A stretch of 64,000 nt of DNA, taken from assembly GCF_003991155.1 (NCBI RefSeq), contig NZ_CP031293.1; one strand, 5' to 3'. Below, piece after piece: positions 26,252 through 35,030 of the stretch; the first letter of the stretch is position 1, and each line of letters begins with the position of its first letter. A program made the position numbers and the translations under genes. The DNA comes from Escherichia coli (GTDB lineage: Bacteria; Pseudomonadota; Gammaproteobacteria; Enterobacterales; Enterobacteriaceae). The notes below the pieces were generated by a model. It was not told the origin of the DNA. It worked only from the letters and a program-made list of their open reading frames with translations, and made no database searches.

Positions 26252-26971
26252 ATCGCTGCGACAGTGGCTGATGCTGTACTCAATAGGCCGTTGCTGTTGG
26301 TCAAGCGCCACTTGCTTGATCACCAGCACCGGTATTTTGCTATCTAACTGAATATGTGACTGAAACTCGGCATCCGGCATCCGGGCGCTAACGCGGGAAC
26401 GCGTACGTTGTGGGTAAATGTGCTGGCTGCGGAAGTAGTCATAAAGAGAAATCCCGATGGCATCAACATCATGAATTAAATGTGCCGGAACCCACGATTC
26501 CTCAATCGATACCGCTTCTTCATCGACATAGCGAATACGCTTAAGCAAAAAGACATCACTTCCCGCTTCGACCGCCAGCTGCTGCGCAACTTCTTCGGGA
26601 CATTTCACGACACGCTTGTTAACCCATAGCGTATCGGGCTTTTTCCCGCGCAATACCACCTGCTGAGAAAAACCTCGCGCTTCTTTCAACGAGTATTCGA
26701 AGATGTTGTTGATCTGCGTACCGTAACCACGCGAACGCGTCACCACGCCCTCTTCTTCCAGCGCCTGCATCGCCTTGCGCACCGTAATGCGCGAAACGCC
26801 GGTTAACTGACTTAAATCACGCTCACCGGGCAAAATATTGCCATGCTCCAGCACCCCGCTGCGCACGGCATTTTTTACCGTTTCGGCAAACTTAATATAA
26901 AGCGGCGTGTTATCCGCCGCTAAAATACGTTCGTTCAGTTGGGCAATCAGCTGGGTATGCGCTTGTTCCAT
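26225..26971 (-). CDS. yegW: GntR-family transcriptional regulator
   Basis: 248-aa ORF with N-terminal wHTH and UTRA-like C-terminal domain; convergent with yegV. Confidence 0.85.
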   Translation of the reverse strand: MEQAHTQLIAQLNERILAADNTPLYIKFAETVKNAVRSGVLEHGNILPGERDLSQLTGVSRITVRKAMQALEEEGVVTRSRGYGTQINNIFEYSLKEARGFSQQVVLRGKKPDTLWVNKRVVKCPEEVAQQLAVEAGSDVFLLKRIRYVDEEAVSIEESWVPAHLIHDVDAIGISLYDYFRSQHIYPQRTRSRVSARMPDAEFQSHIQLDSKIPVLVIKQVALDQQQRPIEYSISHCRSDLYVFVCEE

Positions 26972-27022
26972 TTGTCTTTTTCCTGCCGGGGAGTCTGGTG
27001 GGAGTATATCACTGCTTCTTAT

Positions 27023-27850
27023 TTAAGGCGTTTCTTTAATCCCATCAACGAATCCCTGCAACTCCTCCTCTGTGCCATTAAACACATTAAAATCCACCGG
27101 ACCATTAATGCCATCTACCTGCCCACGGTCGGAATGCTGCCAGAAGCGCCAGGCCATGCCGTCATTGTCCGGACGACGTTGATAGTAGTGAGCCACCCAC
27201 CACGGATATTCATTGAAATAGCCCGCCAGATTCGTGTGATAAAAAACGGCTCCTGAGTAAATAATCGGCTTTTTCCCCGTACTTTTTTCGACCATTTTTA
27301 GCCACTGACTTACCCGCTTGCGTAATTCTTTTGCCGATAATTTTCCCCGTTCTTCTACGTCCAGCACGGCAGGGAAATCGCCTTGTGAGAAATCCACCGT
27401 TTGCAGAAATAATCTCGCCTGAACTGAAGCGGATACCGACGGGGAAAAATAATGATACGCCCCGCGCAGCAGGCCATTTTCGCGGCTTAGTTGCCAGTTA
27501 CGCGAAAAATAGGGGTCCACCAGCTTTTCGCCTTCCGTCGCCTTAATAAAGGCAAATTGTAAGCGAATACCGTTATCGCGCATTTTTGCCACCCGCTGCC
27601 AGTCGATTCGCTCCTGCCAGCGTGAAACATCAATACCATGAATGGTGTAACTGGCAGGAATGCGAATAGCAAAAGATTTGACCGGGCGATAACCGTAGAA
27701 GTGGATGTAGTCTTTAATCTGAATTGCTGTCGAATAGAAAAAATTCACCGTCTGACGCGGATAAATTGCAACGATGGAAATTAGCCCAAGAGCGCATAAT
27801 AAAGCGGTGAATTTTTTTCGACTGGTGATTCTCAGCTGCATTGGTTTCAT
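27023..27850 (-). CDS. yegX: Glycoside hydrolase family 25 (lysozyme-like) exported protein
   Basis: 275-aa ORF with N-terminal hydrophobic segment. Confidence 0.8.
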   Translation of the reverse strand: MKPMQLRITSRKKFTALLCALGLISIVAIYPRQTVNFFYSTAIQIKDYIHFYGYRPVKSFAIRIPASYTIHGIDVSRWQERIDWQRVAKMRDNGIRLQFAFIKATEGEKLVDPYFSRNWQLSRENGLLRGAYHYFSPSVSASVQARLFLQTVDFSQGDFPAVLDVEERGKLSAKELRKRVSQWLKMVEKSTGKKPIIYSGAVFYHTNLAGYFNEYPWWVAHYYQRRPDNDGMAWRFWQHSDRGQVDGINGPVDFNVFNGTEEELQGFVDGIKETP

Positions 27851-27905
27851 CCCTGAATGTCAGCGCCAAAGGCTGACAATAACCAAAGCAGCTATAGTAC
27901 GGTGC

Positions 27906-28706
27906 TCACCACCAGGCGTGGAAGTGGTGAACCGGACCAATACCGTGACCAACTTCCAGCGTGTCGGCCTGGGCTAACGCCGATGAAAGCCAGCTTTTTG
28001 CCTCCTGTACGGTGTCAGCCCAGTTTGTATGGCGCGGGCGCAGTGCAGCCAACGCCGCAGAGAGCGTACAACCAGTGCCGTGAGTGTTTTTGGTCATAAT
28101 GCGCGGTGCGGTAAACCGTTGTTCACCCTCGCGGGTAAACAGCCAGTCCGGGCTTTGCTCATCATCCAGATGACCACCTTTCATTAGCACTGCGCCACAG
28201 CCCATCGCCAACAGCGATCGCCCTTGTTCCAGCATTTCCTGTTCGGTGCGCGCGTGTGGCGCGTCGAGCAAGGCGGCTGCTTCGGGCAAGTTTGGCGTTA
28301 TTAATGAAACATGTGGCAATAATCGACTGCGTAGCGTGGCAACTGCCGAAGGTGAAAGCAGCGGGTCGCCGCTTTTTGCCAGCATAACGGTGTCGAGTAC
28401 CACGTTTTGGATCTGATAACGTTGCAACCGTTCTGCCACCGCTTCAACAATATCGGTTTCCGCCAACATACCGATTTTAGTGGTGTCGATTCGCACATCA
28501 CTGAACACCGAATCGAGCTGGGCGGCGACAAAATCAGGCTCAATGCGATACACCGACTGTACGCCACGGGTATTTTGCGCCACCAGTGCAGTAATCACTG
28601 AGCAACCATAAGCGCCAAGTGCCGAGAAGGTTTTAAGATCGGCCTGAATCCCCGCACCACCACTCGGATCAGTACCGGCAATCGTCAGAGCGTTAATTCG
28701 TTTCAT
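27906..28706 (-). CDS. thiD: Hydroxymethylpyrimidine/phosphomethylpyrimidine kinase
   Basis: 266-aa ORF, ThiD sequence. Confidence 0.9.
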   Translation of the reverse strand: MKRINALTIAGTDPSGGAGIQADLKTFSALGAYGCSVITALVAQNTRGVQSVYRIEPDFVAAQLDSVFSDVRIDTTKIGMLAETDIVEAVAERLQRYQIQNVVLDTVMLAKSGDPLLSPSAVATLRSRLLPHVSLITPNLPEAAALLDAPHARTEQEMLEQGRSLLAMGCGAVLMKGGHLDDEQSPDWLFTREGEQRFTAPRIMTKNTHGTGCTLSAALAALRPRHTNWADTVQEAKSWLSSALAQADTLEVGHGIGPVHHFHAWW

Positions 28707-28729
28707 GCCTGCACCTCCTGCGTCAATTG

Positions 28730-29491
28730 TCAGAGCGCATCAAGGAAATGTGGAACAAAACTGCCTGGCCCCTCGCTTCTGGCAACTGCGCGTTCTCCGG
28801 CTTGTTTCATCCAGTGACAGGCAGATGCGATATTTTCCAGCGTATCGCCTGGTAGCGCACAACAGGCAGCGACAACCGCCGATAATGCACAGCCAGTTCC
28901 TACCACTTTGGTCATTAGCGGATCGCCACCGTGAATGCCAACGATACGATGTCCATCGGTAACATAATCCACCTCGCCAGTGACCACGACGATTGCGCCA
29001 GTTTCCCGTGCCAGTGTTTGTGCAGCAGGTATCGCGTTAGCTGCGGCATCAGTGGTATCCACTCCCCGTCCGCCATTAGCAACGCCAGCTAATGCCATGA
29101 TTTCCGAAGCATTACCACGTATGGCGGTTGGCTTATGAGACAGAAGTTCCAGACAAAAACGGCGGCGATAATCGAGTGCACCCACCGCTACTGGATCAAG
29201 CGTCCAGGGTGTTTGAGAGCGTTTTGCCTGTTCAACGGCGGCACGCATCGCCTGTGCGCGTGGCTGCGTCAGCGTGCCAACGTTAATCAGCAACGCACTG
29301 GCGATTGCCGCAAACTGACTGGCCTCTTCGGTTTCGATGACCATCGCTGGCGATGCACCGAGCGCCAGTAAGGTATTGGCAGTAAAGGTTTGCACCACAT
29401 CATTGGTCATACAGTGCACAAGGGGGGAATGTTTGTGAAAAAGATGTAACGCGTGCGCAGATTGCGCGGAACTCAGCAGGTCGACTTGCAT
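28730..29491 (-). CDS. thiM: Hydroxyethylthiazole kinase ThiM; C-terminus ends early at an in-frame TGA
   Basis: 253-aa ORF; the TGA at 28730-28732 is followed in frame by QLTQEVQA and a second TGA that overlaps the thiD ATG. Confidence 0.9.
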   Translation of the reverse strand: MQVDLLSSAQSAHALHLFHKHSPLVHCMTNDVVQTFTANTLLALGASPAMVIETEEASQFAAIASALLINVGTLTQPRAQAMRAAVEQAKRSQTPWTLDPVAVGALDYRRRFCLELLSHKPTAIRGNASEIMALAGVANGGRGVDTTDAAANAIPAAQTLARETGAIVVVTGEVDYVTDGHRIVGIHGGDPLMTKVVGTGCALSAVVAACCALPGDTLENIASACHWMKQAGERAVARSEGPGSFVPHFLDAL

Positions 29492-29625
29492 AGTTTGCTC
29501 CTGCCATAACGTGAAGAAGCAATGACCTGGTGGTCCGTGACTTCCCTACGCTGGCATTATCCAGATCAGGTGATACGGGTATTTCTCAGCCTTCACGCAG
29601 AAGGGCACCCCGAGTCGTTTGGTTG
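29492..29625 (-). promoter_or_regulatory. TPP riboswitch (thi-box) leader of thiMD
   Basis: Minus-strand leader reads AACCAAACGACTCGGGGTGCCCTTCTGCGTGAAGGCTGAGAAATACCCGTATCACCTGATCTGGATAATGCCAGCGTAGGG, the thiM aptamer as I recall it, followed by the expression platform up to the thiM ATG. Confidence 0.85.
29544..29625. repeat. 82-bp direct repeat, left copy (attL-like); lies within the thiM riboswitch aptamer
   Basis: Perfect 82/82 identity with 37276..37357. Confidence 0.9.
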
Positions 29626-29837
29626 AATCTCTATATTTTGTGCCAGCTTAGGGGAAGTGGCTTGCAGATGCAAGCTCGCCTCCATTAATTGCTTCTTCTC
29701 TGTGTACCCCATTTTGTACCCCATATCAGAAATGAAAAAGAAACATTTAACATCTATCATTCAGATGATAAAAACTATTGATTATCTTAATTTGCTAATT
29801 TATATTATTTATCTAAATTTGATAGGTGAGATAAAAA

Positions 29838-30077
29838 ATGACAGAAACCCAGATCTACGAGAACATTAAGCAAGCCATTAGCAGCGCACCACGAAATAGC
29901 CAAACGATGGAAATGCACCTCCAGATGATCAAATATGCTGACCATCTGAAAAAGGTTACGGCAAAAGAGTTTTGTGAAGGTGTAGGACTTAAAGCCAGCT
30001 TTGGTACAGAGTTCAGCAAAATGAGAAATCTTACCGAGCGACTCAAAGCTGCTGGACTTGACACCACGAAGTTATAA
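29838..30077 (+). CDS. Hypothetical small protein (island)
   Basis: 79-aa ORF with SD-like GGTGAG upstream; no recognised motif. Confidence 0.4.
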   Translation: MTETQIYENIKQAISSAPRNSQTMEMHLQMIKYADHLKKVTAKEFCEGVGLKASFGTEFSKMRNLTERLKAAGLDTTKL

Positions 30078-30242
30078 AAAACAAATCATCAATATATTAT
30101 TTTTGTTTTCCAGACTTACTTGCATATGTTTCTACGAGCATAAAAAACAACAACCACCACATAGCTATTACCATAATAATGTTTTCCTTTTATATTAAAC
30201 AGAGAAATAGAATTAGAGCGTGGAATAGATGAATTCTATTTT

Positions 30243-30488
30243 CTATAACTTCTTGAGGTTGAATGTAGAAAAAGACAGCTCTTTCATTTCAATAACACCG
30301 AAATTTGATAGCTGTTTCAGCCAGAATTTTAAACCTGACTCAGAGCAACCTGCTCGATGTAACACATCGCTATATTTTAGCGGTGTTGGCTTTCCTTTAT
30401 AGAGGTAAACAAGCGTTTCGTAGGTGTGTTTTCCGGTGTCGTTACACTGAATGCGGTCTACTTGATTTTTTACTAAATATTGGATCAT
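30243..30488 (-). CDS. Hypothetical small protein, possible winged-helix (island)
   Basis: 81-aa ORF with AAGGAGG upstream, directly after the 239-aa gene stop. Confidence 0.45.
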   Translation of the reverse strand: MIQYLVKNQVDRIQCNDTGKHTYETLVYLYKGKPTPLKYSDVLHRAGCSESGLKFWLKQLSNFGVIEMKELSFSTFNLKKL

Positions 30489-30499
30489 AGTCCTCCTTA

Positions 30500-31219
30500 T
30501 TAAAATGGAATGTCAAAATCGTCCTCTTCTGTCTCAGGTATCGTGTATATATGTTCTCTTCCTGTAAATTCAGAAACCACTATTGAAATTAGCCTGTATG
30601 CCTCTATTTTATCGCCCTGCGTTTCAGCTAAAGCCCACTCAAGGGCTGCTTCTGTTGGCTGTCCATTCGGTTTGCAAATAGTGACACCGCCCCAAGGAAG
30701 CTCTGTTTTTTCCTGCTGAATAGAGCGTGTTGTTTCTAGTGTTTTTTTATCTTCCGTAGGGGGAAGCTGTTCAGGAACAGCTTTAACAGTAGATACTTGC
30801 TCTGTCTGTGGCTTTTCTGCATTTACAGAGGCTTTCGCTTCTCTTGGTGCTGTAATATGTGCATCTGTAAAGGGTAATGCTTTATAGAGTGATGTTTGAC
30901 CGTGGCGTGCCTCTACAGAAAGAACTCCCATATCAACAAACATATTTATAATATTGCGTACCTGACGATCACTAACCATTCCAATATTAGCTAATGTTTT
31001 TTGAGTAGCGTAACATTCTTGCCCTTGTTCATTGAATCCAGCTATATAGCTATAGATTTCAACGGCTGGCAGTGTAGCGGTGTATTCATTACCAGATGGT
31101 GAGTACCATTTTTTAAACATCTTCAACCATTGCTCAACAACTACATATTTTTGTTTACCATCTTTCTGATTTAGACATTTGGCTTTCGCTTCGGCAATTG
31201 TTTTGATATTTTTGATCAT
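30500..31219 (-). CDS. Putative replication-initiator-like DNA-binding protein with SSB-like acidic C-terminal tip (…EEDDFDIPF)
   Basis: 239-aa ORF with strong AAGGAGG SD; N-terminal wHTH-like segment, P/E/K/T-rich linker, C-terminus DDFDIPF. Confidence 0.6.
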   Translation of the reverse strand: MIKNIKTIAEAKAKCLNQKDGKQKYVVVEQWLKMFKKWYSPSGNEYTATLPAVEIYSYIAGFNEQGQECYATQKTLANIGMVSDRQVRNIINMFVDMGVLSVEARHGQTSLYKALPFTDAHITAPREAKASVNAEKPQTEQVSTVKAVPEQLPPTEDKKTLETTRSIQQEKTELPWGGVTICKPNGQPTEAALEWALAETQGDKIEAYRLISIVVSEFTGREHIYTIPETEEDDFDIPF

Positions 31220-31343
31220 TTAGTTCCTCCTTTGTAAGGACTGTAATTAGTAGTTCATTAACAAGTTTTGGAATTGATTTCCCTTCTGCCTTTGCGCGAT
31301 TTAACAACGCGTTATAAGTTGCAGAGTCAAAATTAATATTCAT
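31155..31343 (-). CDS. Ribbon-helix-helix (CopG/Arc-like) small DNA-binding protein
   Basis: Start at MNINFDSATYNALLNRAKAEGKS with GGAGAGGAGA SD; overlaps start of the Rep-like gene. Confidence 0.55.
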   Translation of the reverse strand: MNINFDSATYNALLNRAKAEGKSIPKLVNELLITVLTKEELNDQKYQNNCRSESQMSKSERW

Positions 31344-31365
31344 TTGGTTTTCTCCTCTCCTGTTA

Positions 31366-31548
31366 TTATTCTTTCTCTGCTTCTGCCTTACGCAGTTCAT
31401 CAATAATCTTGAGTGCATCGTCAAAGCATTTTTCACGCTCTGGATAACCTCGACTCCTTGCCATATTACGATTCATTACTACTTGATGTCGTGTTAACTC
31501 ACCTTTTTTAAATGCCTCTACGACGTGTTCCGGTATAAACCATTTCAT
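31366..31548 (-). CDS. Hypothetical 60-aa protein, first gene of the island's minus-strand operon
   Basis: ATG preceded by AAGGAG at optimal spacing; basic/acidic helical sequence. Confidence 0.5.
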   Translation of the reverse strand: MKWFIPEHVVEAFKKGELTRHQVVMNRNMARSRGYPEREKCFDDALKIIDELRKAEAEKE

Positions 31549-32323
31549 AAAAAACTCCTTATTCAGTTAAAAGAAAAACACCTTGCAAGCCTGACGGCTT
31601 CAAAGTGCATTGATTTTGATTATTTAGAGAAGAATGTTTTTCTGTCCCTCTAGTACCTATTATTACATATAAATAAACATTTGTCAATATCTTTTCATAA
31701 AAAATCAGAACCTTTTCATGCACTTACATTTTTTCTTAGCGATTCGTGCTCTCCTGTGTAGTGCTATTCTTCATTACCAGCTAAAACGCTCTAAAACGCG
31801 TTCTAACGAAGTTTTGATAAAAGCAATACATTCTCTTATGTAATGGCTGTTTAGCTCGCCAGAGGCTTATTTAAGTGGCTTATTTTGTATTTGTTAGATG
31901 ATGATAGATATAAAACAGAGAGTTCTTAGATTAGTTACTTTATAAAACGCTCTGTAAAGCCCTGTAGTGAGTTTATATATGTAGGCAAAGCGGTTTCCAT
32001 TCTCTACCCTGCTTAATGCTGTTAGAGAAGCATTTAGACCCCTTATTTTTAATTACCTAAAGTATCCTCTATACATCTCTGTTATGAAACACCTCTGAAT
32101 CCTTCATAAAACACATTATGACGCAAAGAACACTTTTCTAAGGTGATTCCCTTCCTGAACTCTGTTTCTTGCGTCAGAGAGCTACACAGAGAGCTTATAA
32201 AGCTATTATTAATAATAAAGTAGATAAAGTAAGTAAGATAAGTAAGAAGATTAACTAAGATAGATAAGATTAATAAGATCAGAATTCTCTTTCGGTGTCG
32301 CCTCTGGCTTTTCCACCGAAAAC

Positions 32324-33019
32324 AATTACACGACTACAGAATGTAGGAAGTGAAATTGTATTGAGGCTTAGTGAAATTACACGAGGAAAGCAGAGTGTAA
32401 TTGAGCTTTAGCCGCTCTCTCTTCGAGTAATTACACAACTACAGAGAATAACAGAGTTATTAAATGTAGGAGGGTAATTAAGAGTTAGAGAGAGTTAACA
32501 CGTAAGCAATCAGATGATTGGTTAGGTGATTACTCTTACTGCGCACAGCGCAATAGTATTCCTTCGTGGGCGTTACCGCCAACGATAGTTACACGAAGAA
32601 AGTAACGCTTTGCTTTCGGTGTGAGCGGAACGGGCCAGCCACAAAGCCCGAAAGGTAGCGGAGTAAGGCTGCTTGCCAGAGAGTGGAGCTAACGCCGGAA
32701 GGCAAAAGATCATATATATAGTATAAAGAATATTATTTAATTATAGTATTGGTGGAACTCATTACCTAAGGTAAACCGGAGACCACTTCCAACGGTTAGG
32801 CAACCACTTCCAATTGTGTTATTTCCCCTTTTACCCTAAGTAAATTTTAGCCTTTCGTTACATCCATTTATCACATAGCACTTACCCTGTGTAAATCATA
32901 GAATAATGCTCTCTATTCCCTGTGTAATTCCATACTAAAAAATTCAATGAAAAGTAGTTTAAAAGTGCAATGTTAGCTTTCTTCACTTTTACATCACTTT
33001 CGCTGCGCCTTGTGTAATG
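32324..33019. repeat. Iteron-like repeat cluster (AATTACAC core, both orientations) in a 1.75-kb non-coding region
   Basis: AATTACACGACTACAGA at ~32324 and AATTACACAACTACAGA at ~32429; shorter copies at ~32375 and inverted at ~32396, ~32885, ~32918, ~33008. Confidence 0.6.
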
Positions 33020-33312
33020 CGGCTTACAGAGCACTATCAGAAATTATTGATCAAAAATCAACCTATTATTTGTCGAACAAGTTTTCTTTAATGCAACAAA
33101 AATTATTTTTTCAAAATAAACACACAATTTAATAGCTTGCTAATTTTACCAAAATGTAACTACATGATTCTCATGCAAGAAGTGTAGTGATAAGGCAGGC
33201 TAAATCACCACACTAAAAAACTTCGAATTTCGTAGTGAAAAAAGTACTTTACACACCTAATCAACACGCCCAATAATCACTACACACAAATCAATACAGA
33301 AGAAAAAAGAAG

Positions 33313-33864
33313 ATGGCTAATATTGGATACATTAGGGTATCGACTGTGCAACAAAACACAGACCGTCAATTAGCAGGAGTAACTCTTGATAAAGTCTTTG
33401 AAGATAAAGCGTCAGGCAAGAACACTCAGCGCCCACAGTTTGAGGCAATGATGAACTATGTGCGGGAGGGTGACGTGTTACACGTCCATAGTATTGATCG
33501 CCTTTGTCGTAATACAGCCGACCTTCTGGCAACTGTAGAGCAATTAACAAAGCGCGGCGTGTCTGTGCATTTCCATAAAGAAGACTTTAAGACAGGAAAG
33601 AACTCTCCCGCAGGGAATATGATGCTCACAGTTCTTGCAGCAGTGGCACAAATGGAACGTGAAATGATGCTTGAGCGTCAACGTGAAGGGATCGCCGCAG
33701 CCAAGGCCGCTGGACGTATAGCAAAACGTGGTAATGGAAAAGCAATTGATCGAGCGGGAATTGCTGCCGCTCTCGCGAATGGTGGCTCAATTCGGAGCGT
33801 AGCAAAAGATTTCAGTGTCAGCACGCAGACGGTGCAACGTATCAAGAAAGAGCAGGTGGCGTAA
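33313..33864 (+). CDS. Small serine recombinase (resolvase/invertase family)
   Basis: 183 aa; N-terminal catalytic motif IGYIRVSTVQQNTDRQ with the nucleophilic Ser; C-terminal HTH. Confidence 0.85.
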   Translation: MANIGYIRVSTVQQNTDRQLAGVTLDKVFEDKASGKNTQRPQFEAMMNYVREGDVLHVHSIDRLCRNTADLLATVEQLTKRGVSVHFHKEDFKTGKNSPAGNMMLTVLAAVAQMEREMMLERQREGIAAAKAAGRIAKRGNGKAIDRAGIAAALANGGSIRSVAKDFSVSTQTVQRIKKEQVA

Positions 33865-34030
33865 TGCCTCCTTGATATTTGACAGGGACGGTCGGCAAAA
33901 ATCGGGGCTTGCTGATCTCAGCGTTGAGCGGTTCTTGCAATGGTGCCTAGGTGCTCGCTTGTATTCCCCTTCGATAATCACCACTAAGCCACTTATTGCC
34001 TTGTGGAGTGGCCCGAAAATTACTGATATC

Positions 34031-34531
34031 TTATTGATTCAGTCGATCCCATTTAACCGCAGATACAATTCCCCAATTACCACTAGCATTAGGCCTACGC
34101 CACTTCGCGGTTTCCATTCCACGAAGGTATTCGAGAGCTTCATTGAACGAACTGAAACGTTTCTGGGCTGATTTTTCCCCTACTCTAAACGAACCATCGC
34201 GAGTACTTGCCAATCCTGGATGAAAACACGACCCATCTGCAGCATAAGGAACAAGTACCTCCTGATCATCAGGTTTCCTTGAATCAGAAGCCAGTAACTG
34301 CCAAGGCTCAATACGCAAAGCGTCAGCCAGAACCTCAATTGCATCAAGAGATGCATTAGAGCAACCACGCTCAATTCGACTCATATAACTACGTGCAAAA
34401 CCACACCGATCTGCAAAGGCCTCTTGGCTTAAGCCAATAGCTATACGGAACTCTTTTACTCGTTGTCCAAAAAGGTATCTCAGATTCTTTCGCATGGCAC
34501 AAAGATGCAATTTGACGCACCAATTAACCAC
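34031..34531 (-). CDS. XRE-family HTH regulator with uncharacterised C-terminal domain
   Basis: Cro/C1-type HTH (GLSQEAFADRCGFARSYMSRIERG); likely start at internal Met (34495). Confidence 0.7.
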   Translation of the reverse strand: MVNWCVKLHLCAMRKNLRYLFGQRVKEFRIAIGLSQEAFADRCGFARSYMSRIERGCSNASLDAIEVLADALRIEPWQLLASDSRKPDDQEVLVPYAADGSCFHPGLASTRDGSFRVGEKSAQKRFSSFNEALEYLRGMETAKWRRPNASGNWGIVSAVKWDRLNQ

Positions 34532-34605
34532 GCACTAATCGTGACATTTTGAATCAATCATGTATTATTAGCATCACCATCCATTTGACACACCAAGGGA
34601 GACAA

Positions 34606-34953
34606 ATGAAAAAACTAGTATTTGCCGCTTTGTTAATTCCAGTGATGGGCCACGCCACAACCTTTTCCTGTAAAGCAATACAGGAAGGTCATATTGACTC
34701 GGGAAGTCAGAAAGTTTCTGTAGATTCAACTTTTGATATACAAGATAAAAAAATGACCATAAATCTTGGCGGTAAAACTTGGAGACTTGATTTGGTAGGT
34801 CAAAAAAGCATCGCAAAGATGTATGCTACACCTGACGGAGGGGTTGCAGCCACATACATTGACAATGGCAGTATACCGATATTTGTATTACGCCCTTCTA
34901 ATCCCGATGGGGAGATGGCTGTTTACACATTGAGTATGTGTTCTGAAGTATGA
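34606..34953 (+). CDS. Small secreted protein of unknown function
   Basis: Start at MKKLVFAALLIPVMGHA (signal peptide) with AAGGGAGA SD; divergent from the XRE gene. Confidence 0.6.
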   Translation: MKKLVFAALLIPVMGHATTFSCKAIQEGHIDSGSQKVSVDSTFDIQDKKMTINLGGKTWRLDLVGQKSIAKMYATPDGGVAATYIDNGSIPIFVLRPSNPDGEMAVYTLSMCSEV

Positions 34954-35030
34954 TTGATCGGCGTGATATTCACGCCGTTTTTGGGGAAATTTGTATATTG
35001 AAAAATATAGAAATAGAACTTTTATCAAGC

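Noticed and set aside
29657-29869. 70-aa plus-strand ORF at the left edge of the island
   Set aside because: No SD, low-complexity AT-rich translation, and it overlaps the start of the better-supported 79-aa ORF at 29838.
32324-33019. Repeat cluster considered as a CRISPR array
   Set aside because: Repeat units are short (8-17 bp), irregularly spaced and in both orientations; no cas genes. Fits iterons or binding sites better.
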